Part shown: in pieces, positions 1 through 15,256 of the stretch
How positions within the stretch are numbered: position 1 is the first letter of the stretch
Layout: every line of letters begins with the position of its first letter
Source of the DNA: the human T2T-CHM13v2.0 reference genome, Homo sapiens
Assembly: GCF_009914755.1 (NCBI RefSeq)
Contig: NC_060929.1
Length of the DNA: 64,000 bases
Reading direction: 5' to 3' (one strand)
The notes under the pieces: generated by a model
Databases searched by the model: none
The model's input: only the letters and a program-made list of their open reading frames with translations
What the model was told of the DNA's origin: nothing
Made by a program: the position numbers and the translations under genes

Positions 1-109
1 TTCAATAAATCTCAAAGGATCGATATTATTCAGAGTATGTTCTCTGGCCAGGGGAATCAATAACAAAGAGGCAGTTGGAACATGTCCCATTGTATTTGCC
101 AAGAGAAAC

Positions 110-1300
110 ACGACCCTGGCTATTTCCAACTTTCTTCATATAACAAGCCTTTACTGGGGAAACTGAGCATTGTTGAAGAGATCCAACTCTGGTCTCACTT
201 TAAATTTATACCCACAATTCTTAAGTGGGCCCTCATTGTTGCCCAGCAGTCCTATCAGATTTGCCTGGCCAGTTCAGTCTCATGTTGAACTTTTACCTCT
301 CTCTTCAAACCTCCAGGCTTGACTGAGAAAAAACAACTCAAAAAGAAGTTCATCTAACTACCACCCATTGCATCACCTATTGTACTTGTGCCTGGATGTA
401 AGATATTCCACTTCCTCCTGTTATAATGAAAGGATGTGATTTTATCTGGGGCTAGATCTCCACTTGTGTGCTTTGGATTTCATTGACTCCTGCCTAGAGT
501 CAATGCAGGATGAGGATGCAGGAGAGAAAGAGAAGAATTGTGGGAGTAGTTATTCTCAGTAGCATATAGTGCTGTAATGTCACCTACTTTAAAAAGTTCT
601 TTTGTCATTCCCTTCCAGGCATTGCCTCATTTCTTTACATTTACTCACCTTTACAGCAAAACCCTTCCATATGATTGCCTGTATTCACCATCTCCATTTC
701 CTCACCTACGATTCTAACTTGAATCCACTCCAGCAGGCTTGCATTCCACCATTATCCTATCTGTTCCTGCCAAGGTGATCCATGACTCTATTGTACCAAA
801 TCCAATGGTCAGTCCTCAGTCTTCATAACATACACATGCTCATCACAGCATAACTCCCTTGAAACACACTCTTCTTTTAGCTTCAAGAATATCTCTCTTT
901 ATCCTAATTTTTTCCTATCTTTCAGGTTATTCCTCCTTGGTCTCCTTTATTGGTTTCTTCTCTCCTTACTGATCTTTAAATGTTGGAGTGCTTCAGGACT
1001 CCAATCTTGACCTCTTCTCTGTCTATACCACCTCTTGGTAATTTCATCCAGTTTCCTGGATTAATACAGTTCATATGGTGACGATACCCAAATCGATATC
1101 TCTAGCTTAGGCCTCTCCTTTGACTCCAGACCTGTTTATCTAACTGCTTACTTGACTTCTCTACTTACACATCTAACAGTATTTTAAACTTAAATCACCC
1201 CCCAATCTGCTCCCTGCCTTGCCCGAAGTCTCTTCTCTTCTAACAGTATTTTAAACTTAAATCACCCCCCAATCTGCTCCCTGCCTTGCCTGAAGTCTCT
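110..1300 (+). mobile_element. Degraded LINE-2 (L2) body fragments
   Basis: Pyrimidine-rich L2-like text (e.g. ccactccagcaggcttgcattccaccatt, gccaaggtgatccatgactc, tgttggagtgcttcaggactc, ctttgactccagacctgtttatctaactgcttacttgac). Boundaries approximate. Confidence 0.65.
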
Positions 1301-1306
1301 TCTCTT
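1173..1306. repeat. 67-bp tandem duplication (2 copies, 1 mismatch)
   Basis: ctaacagtattttaaacttaaatcaccccccaatctgctccctgccttgcc(c/t)gaagtctcttctctt at 1173 and 1240. Confidence 0.95.
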
Positions 1307-1310
1307 GTAG

Positions 1311-1789
1311 TGCATTAGTTTCATATTGCTGTAGTAACCAATTATTAGAGATTTGATGGCTTAAAACAACACATTTATTCTCTTACAGTTCTGGAGACCA
1401 GAAAGCCAAAATCAATTGAAACCAGCACTCCTTCTAGAGGTTCTAGGGGAGAGTATGGTTCCATGCCTTTTTCCAGTCTCCAGAGCTGCATTTCTTGTAT
1501 CCCTTGGCTTCTGGCCCCTTCATCCCATCTTCAAAGACAGCAATTCAGCATCTTGTTTCAGTTCTCACATTGCCTTTTTCATCTTTGCAGTCAAATTTTT
1601 CTTTGCCTCCCTCTTATAAGGACATTTGTGATTGCATTTAGGGCCCATCCAGGTAATCCAGGATAATCTCATTTAAAAATCCTTAATTGAAACACATCTG
1701 CAAAGTCCCTTTTGCTATATAAGGCGACATCCACAGGTTCTGTGGATTAGGATGTAGACATCTTGGGGGCTATTATTTAGCCTACCACA
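1311..1789 (-). mobile_element. MaLR solo LTR (MLT1B/C-like)
   Basis: Termini tgcattagttt... and ...ggattaggatgtagacatcttgggggctattatttagcctaccaca match the reverse complement of the MLT1 consensus ends. Internal ggcttaaaacaacacatttattctcttacagttctggag is the typical MLT1 poly(A) region. Confidence 0.85.
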
Positions 1790-2014
1790 CATTGTAAATG
1801 GTATCACCCTTCTATAGTTGCTTAAGTTAAAAGACAACTTAAATCCTTTTTACCTCAAGCCTTATATTCAATCTGTCAGAAAGAATCTATCAGAAAGTCT
1901 TTCAGGCTTCATGTTTAAAATATGTCAAGAAACTGATCCTTTTTCACCACTCCCACTGCTGTTGTCATCTCTTGCCTGGATTACATCAGACCAGATCCCT
2001 GCTCCATCTTCCTG

Positions 2015-2370
<356 letters not shown>

Positions 2371-2833
2371 TAACACAACCACCAGGTTGATTCTTTAAAG
2401 ATCTAAGTCAGATTGGATCAATCCCCTGAAGAAAGCCCTTCTGTGACTTTCTCACTGAAATGTCCTCACTTTGGGCTTTGTTTTAGCTCCTGACTGGCCT
2501 CCGAGGCCCTGTGTGAGTGGGCCCTTGCTTGGCCTGACTTCATCCTCCCACTCTACCCTTCATCACTGTGCCTTCTCTCAGAGTCTCGGTCCTACCTGGC
2601 ATCTCATTCACCTTGAGGGAAAAGGCCAATTGAAAATAGTCTTCCTGTTCCTCTTTTGCTTGGAACCTGGTTTTTCATAGTCCTTATTACTTATAGTTCT
2701 CTAAAATTCTGATTTATGGTCCCCAACTAGAATATGAGTTCTAGGGAAATTATTGCTCATTCATGGCTGTTTCCCTACATAGTAGACAATCAATACTTCA
2801 CGAATAATTACACATGAATCTTTTCTCCCTTCA

Positions 2834-3148
<315 letters not shown>

Positions 3149-3229
3149 CTAGGTACTCTCTCCCCTGACCCTCCTCTGTGCCTTTCTTCCTCTCTCTTAG
3201 AATCCTTTGGATCCATAGAACAGGGCACC

Positions 3230-4705
3230 CAAGCCCTCCAACATCACTGACTTCTCACTTAACATTCCTTTAATCTTTTGGGGCTAAAACTCCCTTTGCA
3301 CCCGCTCAGTTAGCAGCTTCCAGGTTCATGTTCTTCTATTCTTACGCTATCTTCTCCCTCTCCTCATCTTCATTTTAAAAACTTCTGTTCATGGCCAAAC
3401 TTCTGAAAGAGTTGCCTATACTCCTTCTCCACTTCCCACCTCTTGCATGCTCCTTAACACTCTGGCTCTAGTCCTCAGAGCTGACGTTGTTCTCCCCAAG
3501 GTCAACATGGACTCCCCACTTATTACATTAAACCTGTGTTGACTCCCTCTGTTCCCTCCCCTCCATCCTCCCTCGGCGGCTGATCCTCTGTTGCTGGACT
3601 CTGCTCAGTGTGCTGATCTCTATATGCTAGGGTGTCCAGGGTTCACGCCTAAGTTTCTTCTCTAAAATCCACCCCCTTGTTAATCTCATTGAAACCTATG
3701 GCTTTAAATACATTCTATGTGCTCACAACTCCCAATTCATACCTTTAGCCCAGGCCTCTTCCCCGAACTCTAGACTTCAATAACCAACTGCCTAGCTCCA
3801 CTTGGTTGTTCAAAATCAACTCTTGATTTTACTTCTTAATCCTGCTCATTCTACTGAAAACCTGGCAAGTCTGCTGTTTTACTTCCATAGGCCAAAACCT
3901 TACAATCTAGTGAAGTGAGGCCATCCTTGATGCCTCTAACCTCAGGCCCCATCCAATGTCTCACAAGTCATTTCAGATTTACCTTCACAATATATCCAGA
4001 AATAGGCTCTGACCATTTCTGCTCCATCACCCTGGCCAGGTCACACTACCTGCCACTTAGGTGACTGCTATAGCATCCGTGTATGCTCCTGGATTCCACC
4101 CTAGCCTCCCAACCTGTTCTTGACCCAGCGGCCACAGGGATCACTGTAAAATTCAAGTCAGATCATGTGACTCCTCTTTCTCAATTCCCCCTCACTCCCA
4201 ATAACATTATTTCTTGTTCAGAATAAAATCCCAAGTCTTTCCTACAAGGCCCTCTACATTCGGTCTGCTGCTTTTCTCTCTTACCCACCCTACTCAATGC
4301 CATGGGCGTGCTCAGCACTCCTCAATCACGCCGCTCTCCTGCACCAGGGCCTTTGCCTTGGCTGTTCCTTTTGCTTGGAATGTTCTTCCCCAGATATCTA
4401 CAGGGTTTATTTTCTCATTTCCTTCAGGTCTCTGCTTAGTATCACCTTATTGGGAGGTCTTCTCTGACCTCGTCTATCTCAGCTCTCCTTGTACCCTTAC
4501 TCTCTTACCAGCTGCATTTTCCATTTACCACTTGACTTTCTGCATTCATTTGTCTACCTGGGCACAGCCTTTCCTCCTTCACTAGATTGTAAGTAAGTTC
4601 CTTGAGGGCAGGTCTTTGGTTCACTGCTATATGATTAGCACCTAGTACAGTGCCTGGCACAGAGTCAGTGCTTAAAATGTATTTGCTGACAGAATAAATG
4701 AGTGT
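3230..4705 (+). mobile_element. LINE-2 (L2a-like) 3' region including its terminus
   Basis: Typical L2 3' text: agggcctttgccttggctgttccttttgcttggaatgttcttccccag...ctagattgtaag...gagggcagg...cagtgcctggcacagagtcagtgcttaaaatgtatttgctgacagaataaatgagtg. Confidence 0.8.
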
Positions 4706-5079
4706 AAAAGGGGACCTTCTTTTCCTTTGTCTTACATGATATACAGTCTCATGGTTTTCCTTGCGATTGTGGCCCAACTCTGTCTGAATCTTCTTTGTGG
4801 TTCCTCTTAGTCTGCCTGTCCCTGAACTGTTGGTGACTCCAGGGTTCTGTTCCAGATACCCATCTCAAATCACTTGCACATGCCCTTGTCTGTCCCATTT
4901 GGCCAACACTCACATGCTAATGGCACCCAGATCTGTCTTTATCTCAGAACCTTCTCCAGCTCCTGCTTGGTTCTCTCATGCCACCCCCCATTCTCTCCTA
5001 GGTGACTGCAATAGCTTTGAAACTAGTCTCTCTCCTTTTACTCTTGTTCTCATATTTAATCCTTATATAATCCCAACTT

Positions 5080-5195
5080 GCCTATGAGACAACTGCAGCT
5101 TAGAGAGGCTAGGTAACTTTTCTAAAGCTACTTAGTCTACAGAGGTGGGATTTGAACCCAAGTCTACCTGACTCTGAAGGCTATGCCTTTATCTG
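5080..5195 (+). mobile_element. MIR SINE fragment
   Basis: MIR core: gacaactgcagcttagagaggctaggtaacttttctaaagctac...ggtgggatttgaacccaagtctacctgactc. Confidence 0.75.
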
Positions 5196-6379
5196 TGACA
5201 TCACGCTGCCTCCTTCTGGAAAAAGTAGACATCTAAGCCAGCAGAGAGGCCTGACGTGGGATGCCCCAATCTCCTACTCACCAGCCCTTCAGGAAGAGGC
5301 TTGTCCCATTGTAATTCTCGTTAGGTGTTTGAGCATTTTCTAGATGGAAAATCGTTCTTTGGGATCATTCCCCAGCTCACCACAGTCTTATATTGCCTGA
5401 AACACCTTCAGGACCTCTCTGTGTCTTGTGTCTAGCTTCTTATCCAGGAAAACTGAATCCCGGTTAGGATTTGAGAGAGTCCCTCCAAGTTACAGGTTAG
5501 GTTACTACAAATATATGAGAAATTTGTGCCAATGTGATGGAGTGCAATTATTTAAACCTAATTGCTGGAACTCTTTCTAACTGGCTTCATAGCTGTTATT
5601 AATATATGGAAGGAACATTGATGGGAAATAACACTTCTAAAAAATAATGAAATAACTCAAATGAAACAGCCTGGAAAACAGCTTTTCCCAAAGCCACAAA
5701 TGAGAGAAATGGAACAGCCTGAGATATACCAATAGCTAGCACAGCAATGCTTTAGGAACTTGCCTGGGCCAAGCCCACTTCCTCCATGGGCTCCAAGCCC
5801 GTAACTATTCACTGAGTGAATTGTGCACAGTTATTTCATTCTGTACAACTGAGGACACACTGTATCCTCAAGGGGAAGGCATATGGGGCATTGACATGAC
5901 CCTTTGGGATTCAACACTATAGTCCTGTCCTCAAGGAGCGCAGGGTATCCTGCAAGGCCAAGTGGGAAACAAGCCAGAGGAACAGAGGCCTGGTGTGGGG
6001 GCCACAGCCCTGGGGGAGGCCTCCTAAGGCTATCCTGGAAGGGCTTTCCTGGATCCTCTATCAGCAATCATGCTCCTGCCTCTGCCCACTGAATGTTCCA
6101 TCGTTATTTTCTACCTGGCCTTAGTTTCCTGAAGGCTACTGAGAAAACACATGTTTGGCAGCTGTCTGTTCACATTGCTGTCTCCATCGTTTGACTGTGA
6201 ATTTCTGGAGGCCAGAAACCCATTTGTACCACCTGGGCCTCACCTGAGGCTCAGTGCAGAGAAGTGGCTTCTGGATGAAGGAATGAGAATTTTAAATTCT
6301 CAGCCTCATCTATTCCTCTCTTAGCCTGGGAAAAAATTTGGAACCACACCACATATAGCAAATGGAATTTTAGAAATCA

Positions 6380-6781
<402 letters not shown>

Positions 6782-7274
6782 TCAGTAAAGCATGTCACAG
6801 GCTACGTACAGCTGCCCTAAGTCATCTAGAGTTGGCCACAGGTTTTCAGATAAAAGCCTTGGCTTTGATGTACATTTGACCTTTCCTGTTCTGAAAGGGA
6901 AAGCCTCCCTTGATTGTTTATAATATACTAGTCACATCAGGATGGATCAGTGGATGCCAAAGTAGCAAAGGCTTTCATTTGCTTTTTTAAACCCATGTAT
7001 GTACAGTGTCACTTCCTGGAATGTGGAGTCTAAGAATGCTGCCCTTTGCCCAAACTCTGTCCTGGCTGTGCTGGCCAACCCCTCTTTCCAGACAGCTTGC
7101 TCTTACTTCTGTTCCCTGCCCCCCCACCGCCCCCCACCGTTTCTCTGGCAGCCCGTGCCAGGCAGCAGAACCTACACTCCAGTCATGCCCCCCTGACCCC
7201 GGCCCAGGGCTGTAGCTGTCTGGGGAGAAGGTCTAAGCAAACCAGCTGAGAAGGGGCCTTGGGGACCAGCTAGC

Positions 7275-7390
7275 TCAGCCTCCTTATTTTAAAGACAAAC
7301 TGAGGTCCAAGGAGGGAAAGGGACTTGTCTGAGGCCACCCGTCTCTGTGCCAGAGCTGGAGCTAGACCCTGGGCCCTGCATTCTGGCCTC
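7275..7390 (+). mobile_element. MIR SINE fragment
   Basis: attttaaagacaaactgaggtccaaggagggaaagggacttgtctgaggccacc...gccagagctggagctagaccctggg. Confidence 0.65.
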
Positions 7391-7603
7391 TGTCCCTCAT
7401 TCTGTCTCTATAAAGGGGGAACAAGGTACAAGGAGATGTAAGCTCTAGAGTGCTCCTTCCCTCTCCCTGTCTTTCTGTCTCCTCCCGACTCTGTCTCCTT
7501 ATTTCTATCTCCCCTTTCCCTTCCTTTCTTCATTTCTTTTAAATCTAGAACATTAAGATCTCTGTAAATTCTAGGGTAAATATGTAGAAAAATCTCTTTT
7601 CTA

Positions 7604-7649
7604 GTTTTTTTTTTTTTGTTTTTTTTTTTGTTTTGTTTTTTTTTTTTTT
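7604..7649. repeat. T-rich simple repeat (A-rich on the FSTL4 sense strand)
   Basis: About 46 nt of T interrupted by 3 G. Confidence 0.95.
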
Positions 7650-9329
7650 AGCATGCTGAGAAAACTGGTATGCTGGTTTAATGGACTATCTGGGCAAGTT
7701 TTTAGTGAGTTAGAAAACAACAAAACAGGAATCACTGTTTTACTTTTTTCCAACAACTCTGCATGCAGTTTTCTGGGCCTTGGGTCCTTGGCACCCAGAG
7801 GCACTAATGTGAGTGGTCCTTGCTGTTGAACAAGGGGCTGACTCTATGATAAACCTCAGCCGCCTCCAGCGTCTGTGCTGAGACAGGCTCTGGGCAGGAG
7901 GGCTCCTGCCACCAGAAGCAGCTGGAACCCAGCCTCTCAGAAGCTGTGAACACCAGGGAGTATCCAGCATAGCTCTCCATAAGCAATCCCGGGGGAATCA
8001 GGGGCGCTGGGCAGCCTGTTTCTCAAAAACCAGATGAAGCTCAGCTCCCGCCAAGAGTCAGTCTTAGCTCCACAGCATCTCAGTGTTTGGAGCCAGCACT
8101 CCAGCACACACCTGCCCTGACCCCATCTATCTCACCCACAGCGGGAACTTCTCTTCTGTACTCTTTCACCTGACAAACTGCTTCCACGCAAACCTAGGGG
8201 CCAGAGGGGTCAAAGTCCCCACTAAGCCACAAACTCCAGGAACAGCCTCCCAAGTCTGCTTAGAAAATCGGTAGTTGGAAGAACCAACATAAGATTGAAA
8301 GCATAATAGAGCCCACATGGGGTTTGTGGCTGTAGCTACATTCTGGGCTGAGTGCAGTACCTTGGCCTTGCTCACAGTCGGCCCTGGAATATGAGGCTCA
8401 ACAAACAGTCATTCAACAAGTAATTGACTTCACGGGATACCCAGCCTCCTGATCCAGCTCCCTGGAAGCTGCCTGAGTGTAGCTTCTGCTAAGAGGGCCC
8501 GAAGGAGCTGTTTTTGCTTTTGTCTGTTCTCCTCTCATTTCTCCTGTTGAGACTTGTGTGTCCCCTGAGGCCTACTGGCCTCTTCATTTTGGCTCCTTAT
8601 CCCTATCTCCAGACCTTGAGTTTCAGGAGTGAAGGGTACAAGCTACCCAGGCAGTATTGAATTTGTTCACTGCTCAATTGTTCAATATACCTACCAACCC
8701 TATGCCCCAAGGCGGCTGTGGGTCTTTAGCGGGCACTGGGGTCTTTGTAGCTGATTTCACATTCCATGGGGCCTCTTGCATTCTTGGTAGGTCTCTACTT
8801 CTGAAACTTGAGACCCTTTGTAGTAACCTCCCCTAAGGAAAACACCACCTCTTAAACACTTGAGTGACTGTGCATCTCAGCCTAGATGCTGCTAGTTCAG
8901 CAGCTGTGAGAGCCTAAGGGGCCGCTGTGATCAGCGACTGTTGCTATTGACAGCAGTTCCTCGTTTTCTGGGCTCTGCCTTTGTTTTGTTCCCAGACTTA
9001 TCATGTCAGCTTTAGTTCCTGACGTTCAGGAAATTGTTCTGAGTATGTGTCTGCATGCATATGCCAGACTGCAGGTAACACCGTGTGAAGTTCTTGAGGA
9101 AAAAATGAGATGGGAAATGTCTTGGTTTTCAAAGAGGGAGATTTTGTGCTTAACCCATCAATCACATGGTACCTCCTGCTGCTGCCCACTGAGCTGGAGA
9201 ATGAGTTGCCACAAGGGGATTTGGACTCAGATCTGGTTGTGGGGACACAGTGGGGACTGGGACCCGGGCATGCACCTGCACCCCACACAGTGACTCAGGC
9301 TCTGCCACCAGCTCCCACACATGCCCACT

Positions 9330-9410
9330 ATATTTTCAGCCATATGAAATTGTCAATCTTAGACCACTTTGATGCACAAAAATGGCAACTTCATATGGCT
9401 CAACTTACTA
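9330..9410. mobile_element. MADE2-like Tc1/mariner MITE (palindromic)
   Basis: Inverted repeat agccatatgaaattg (9338) ... caacttcatatggct (ends 9400). The interior, gaccactttgatgcacaaaaatggc, resembles the MADE2 consensus. Confidence 0.8.
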
Positions 9411-9911
9411 AAGATTTGCTTGATAAATATGTTTCTAAACATCTATACATTTAAAAATATACATTGGCAGAAATCATGGCAGCTTTTTTCCTCGGGTTTT
9501 CCTCAATCAAAGCATATTTAAGGTACAGTGACTATCTAGTAGAGATCTACAACTTGTTTTGTCTTTTTAAAACCACACAAGATAGGCAAAACACTAAACC
9601 CAACACCAGTCAGCTACTGGAAAAAAGTTTAAGGCCCAGATCTGACCAGGAACCCTTACCAACTGTTCTGCTTCAGCAGAGGTTACAAGCCACTTTTAAT
9701 GAAAGCTTTGCATTTAAAAATTTCTCATTAAAGACATGAGTACATTTTAAATTTGATTCAATGCATATGCCACTTGAATTTGACATTGACTTCCTGCTCC
9801 CATAGGGCTGCTTTGTGTGGGAAAGCTGGTGGCAGATCATGGAAAGACGGCCCATCATAGAACCAAACACACGTGATCACAGGCATGACGCAAAACAATG
9901 AAGCTTGGTAC

Positions 9912-9938
9912 CTTCCTCTCGCCACAGGATGTTTGCAA
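9912..9938 (-). CDS. FSTL4: FSTL4 27-nt coding microexon (approx. exon 11), LANILWREE(G) linker
   Basis: tcctcattctctgctgctgcag|TTGCAAACATCCTGTGGCGAGAGGAAG|gtacca. Phase 1 to 1. Joins ...SARKT to GLSVGN... as in the FSTL4 protein; preceded by a long polypyrimidine tract. Confidence 0.93.
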
Positions 9939-10842
9939 CTGCAGCAGCAGAGAATGAGGAAAGCAGGAGTGTGATGGAGGCAAGGAAAAAGAAGAAAGCA
10001 GTGTTAAACCGTCACTGCAGTGATTCCATTTATGAAGATCCTGGTACCTAGTCCATCACTTACAGAATCTATACCACTCATTGCCCTAGGAACAGTATCT
10101 TGGGGGAAGCTCTGGACATGAACAAATGCTTTCAGGTCTCCAGACCCTTTGATTCTTAAGTGAATCTTTGAAATCATGCGCTAGGACCACAGAAGCTAAT
10201 GGAATTTCTCACATTTCATGGATGATCAAGAGTAAGCAACATCTCTCCCAGATTTCCTGGACAACCAGCAGGAGAAGTGACTTTCAACTAGGATTCTCCT
10301 AAGATGACCACGTGAAATACTTCTGATTATCTACTTTGATGAAAATGGCTTAGCCTGGAGTCTTTGACCATGATTAACACCCATGTCTATGAAATCACAC
10401 CTGCAGGCCTACCTGGGGAGCAGTGGTTATGAGGAGAGCACGCTTAGCACACCGATGGGCTGGACCCCTAGTGTAAAGGCTACCACACTCCCAATGGTGT
10501 GCATGTGTGCACAGGTCAGGTTCTGGGCCACTGTGGGACATCACGTGGATGAAGGGCAGAGGTTCAGGGCATACAGCAAGTAAAAAGCAGAGCTGGGACT
10601 CGACTATTTGGGTTTCCTTGTGTTCCTGGGCTCTGTCTGCTGTCCAGGGAATCTCCCTGTCTGTTTCCAGAGTTGTCTAGGTTGCCAGGGAAGGCCTGCT
10701 CACCTCTGGGTGCCCTCCAATTCCAGCTTTATGCAAAGAGGGATATGAGGCTTACCCCTGTCTTCACGGGCTCATGGTTGGCAGCTGTGGCCCTGGTCAA
10801 TTGGTGCCCTCCCTTGCCACCCAACACCTCCCAGCCAGCTCA

Positions 10843-11064
<222 letters not shown>

Positions 11065-11362
11065 TTATGGGGCCATTGAGAGTGTTAGGGCTGCCCAGCC
11101 CCTGGGCAGCCAGCAGCCCTGATTATACGCCCAGGAAGGGCTGGCACATCTGAAATGCACTGAGGGTGAGCTGGACCTGAGTGACAGCTTCTCATCATTG
11201 CTGTCAGAAAGCCCCAAAAGATCTGTGTGAGCCCAGATAACAGGGAAATTTGGGAGCCATCTGTTCACTCCTAACCTGTCTGACTTATAAACAAATTATA
11301 CCTCTCGTTTCCATTCCTGGAGTCTCAGCTTGATTTGAATGGGAATATCGCATAGACGTCTA

Positions 11363-11554
<192 letters not shown>

Positions 11555-13666
11555 TCAGTGCTGGTGAGAAAGAGACGGCCCTGACCTGGACTTGGGCCTG
11601 TGGCCCAACCTGAGACCCTGCTCCAGAGGGGGTGAACCCAAGTAGGTGACTGGAGTTCTGTGTTTAACCAAATTATAATAATCCTGTCCAGCAACGCAAG
11701 CTCTAAAAGAAAGGGCTATAAAATAGATTGCAGATAATAAACATGTCAGACTTTGTACCCTATGACTCATGGCTTTCATCATTATTCTAAATACGATCAG
11801 AAGGCCATCCAAATATTTAATGCTGTTCAGCTGCTACATGTAAAGAGCAGCAGCCACTGAAATTTATTTCTGAATAAAATTTAGATACATTCCCTTTCTG
11901 TTATCAGAAAGCCATTGGATAGGGGTTAATTTCTTGCAGGAAATGTATCAGAAAGCACTTATGGCACTGACTGGCAGGGCCTCTGTTCTGGGGAAGTTCA
12001 TTCATTTTCCAGTGGGCCATTCTCATTTCTCCACTTCTCAACCCCTGGAACATGGGTGAAAGGCCAGGTGTGCCCTCCTCAGCTTGGAGTGACTCAGCCA
12101 TGGGCCCTGGCAGTCAGGTACAGGGTTGGGGGTGTGAGCCTGCCCACTCACCAGACGAGCATGGGTGGGCAAGGCTCCAGCACCCTCCACAGAGCTCTGG
12201 CCCTTCCTACCCAGCCTGGCTGTGGGGAGGGGCCTGGAAGAAGCAATGAGGGTCTGGAGGACCCTCCCTCTTACCCCTAGCTCTGGGTCCAGGAGATAAG
12301 TATCATTTTTAGTGGAATTGAGGGTTCTTCCTTATCTATAACTTTTACTTTACACACTTTCAAAAAAGATTTGTGAGATGTAAACATACCTGCATATTAA
12401 ACTAAACTAAACACACTGTCCCTGGAGATGGGGGAGATGGATTCTTCTTGAAGTGGACAGCTACATTTTCCTAGAGTTATCTGGAACTCCCTGTTGTTCA
12501 GTTAAAGAAAGCATCCCAGTACTTTAGAATAGAGAAGATTTTTCTTGGAACCAGAGCATAGAACAAATTGGTACTTATGTACAAAAGGCAATGGTGTGGA
12601 TCCCGGGACCTGAGTGGGGTAGAATTTTTGTGATGCATGTGGGGTGGGCAGAGGATAAAAGAAAAACTCCACGGCCTCCCTGTGAGAAATGAACTCTGTA
12701 GCTCCTGTCACAGCTCCTCAGGGGCTGCTCATAATTCCATCAACTCAGTCTGAATTTCAAGTCTTTTCTTGATCTGTGGGACACGGTTGGAGGCAGAGGT
12801 GAAAGCTAAATGGACAACTGCCTAGGGAGACAATCCCATCCTCCAATGGTCCAGAGCTGTTTCAATAACATGAGCTCAGGGCACCCAATGCCAAACCACA
12901 CAGAGACCCAAAACAATAAAGTCAGAGTCCTTGCCTCAGTTTTTCTTTGTTTGAAGCCCTGGGGGAGAATGCCAGGGAGTGGCAGAAAAGCCTGTCACAA
13001 GTCAGGCCACTAGGGGTGGAGGAGGTCCACGGAGCTCCAGCGGAGGCATGTCTGGAGGACTGCTTCCAACATAAATGTGTAGCTCTCTTCTCTGACCCGT
13101 TTGATCCAAAGAGGAAAGAAGGAAACTTCCCTGCTTGATTCAAAGAGGAAAGAAAGAAACTTCCCTATACCTTGCCTTGGGTAGAGGGAGGAGTGGGGTT
13201 CCCTTTGAATAGATAGAATTTTGGTCGGAATTCAGTAACGCAGAGAGAGAACCAGGAGTACTGGCCTTGGGGGTGGTTGGAGAAGGTGGTAGCATAGAGC
13301 CACCAGAGTTCTAGAATAGGAATGGCCAGGACCTGGGGTTAATAAGCTTGGGTTCTTACTAGATCACTGTCTATTTCTACAAGCCTGCCTGGCAACCACA
13401 GAATAAACTTAAAGAAAGAAGAAGAATCAATGGAGACAGAAGCATAAATGAATGAATCAACCAGAAAGCTGAAGAACAGAACTGGTAAAGAAATCTAAGA
13501 GCTGTTTGTAAAAACCAACAAAACAGCCAAATTCCTGGGATGTTTGATCAATAAAAAAATAGAAAAAGAACACAGAAGGGATTAAAAAATATGAGAATGC
13601 TGTATTCAATTATTGGTAATAAATGTGAAAGTCTCAGTGAAATGGATCATTTAAAAGGAAACTTTA

Positions 13667-14035
<369 letters not shown>

Positions 14036-14897
14036 CTACTAACTCAAAAGGCACTCTGACAAGTTTTATCAGACAATTCCTTCATTCATTTAAGGAATGA
14101 ATAATCCCTAGAGCATGGAACAGGGAAGATGTTCCAAATTACATCATGAAGGTAGCATAACCTGGACACCAAAACCTGGCAGAGAATGCAAAAAAGACTA
14201 CACACTGATCTCACTTAGGACGTGATACACCAAAATTCTAAGTAAAATATGGACAAGTCAAAACTAGCATGGTATTAAAAGAACATACTGTGGGCAAGGG
14301 TAATATGTTTCAATGGCTAACTATTAGGAAATCTACCATTAATCATTCCAAAGTCAAGGAGAAAAACCATTTGATTCTCTTGCTAGACACTAGAAGGGCC
14401 TTTGAAAAAAGTTCAAAATCAATTTCTTGGGGAAAATCCCTCAATAAAATAGGAACAGAATGATATTTTCTTCGTGCAATGCAGAATATCTCTATAAAAA
14501 GAAGAAACGACACCATTCTTTTTCAAATGGTGAAACATTAATTTGGGAAAAAAGAAAAAGGACAAAGGAAGAGAGGCAATACCAGACTCCCAATGTCACA
14601 CTGGATGTTGTCAATGGAAGGCAAGAAATGAGAGGCACAAATAGTACAAAGATGGAGAAAAATCATATGTAGTTATATCCAGGTAATGCACCAATAAAGT
14701 TATAAGGATTAATTGGTACGTAACGAGGCCAGTACTAAAATATACAAAATTAACAGCTTGCTTATACACCAGCAATGGCCAGACAGAAAATATAATGGAA
14801 CTCAATGAAGAAAACAATATAACCTCACTGATGACATTAAAAAAGGCTTGGATAATTGGAGAGAGATGCTCTTGGATAGAAAGACTTAATATCGTTA

Positions 14898-15256
<359 letters not shown>

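Noticed and set aside
7119-7139. C-rich run suggesting a G-quadruplex on the sense strand
   Set aside because: There are only two long G-tracts, so a stable intramolecular three-tier G4 is doubtful, and nothing else supports a function.
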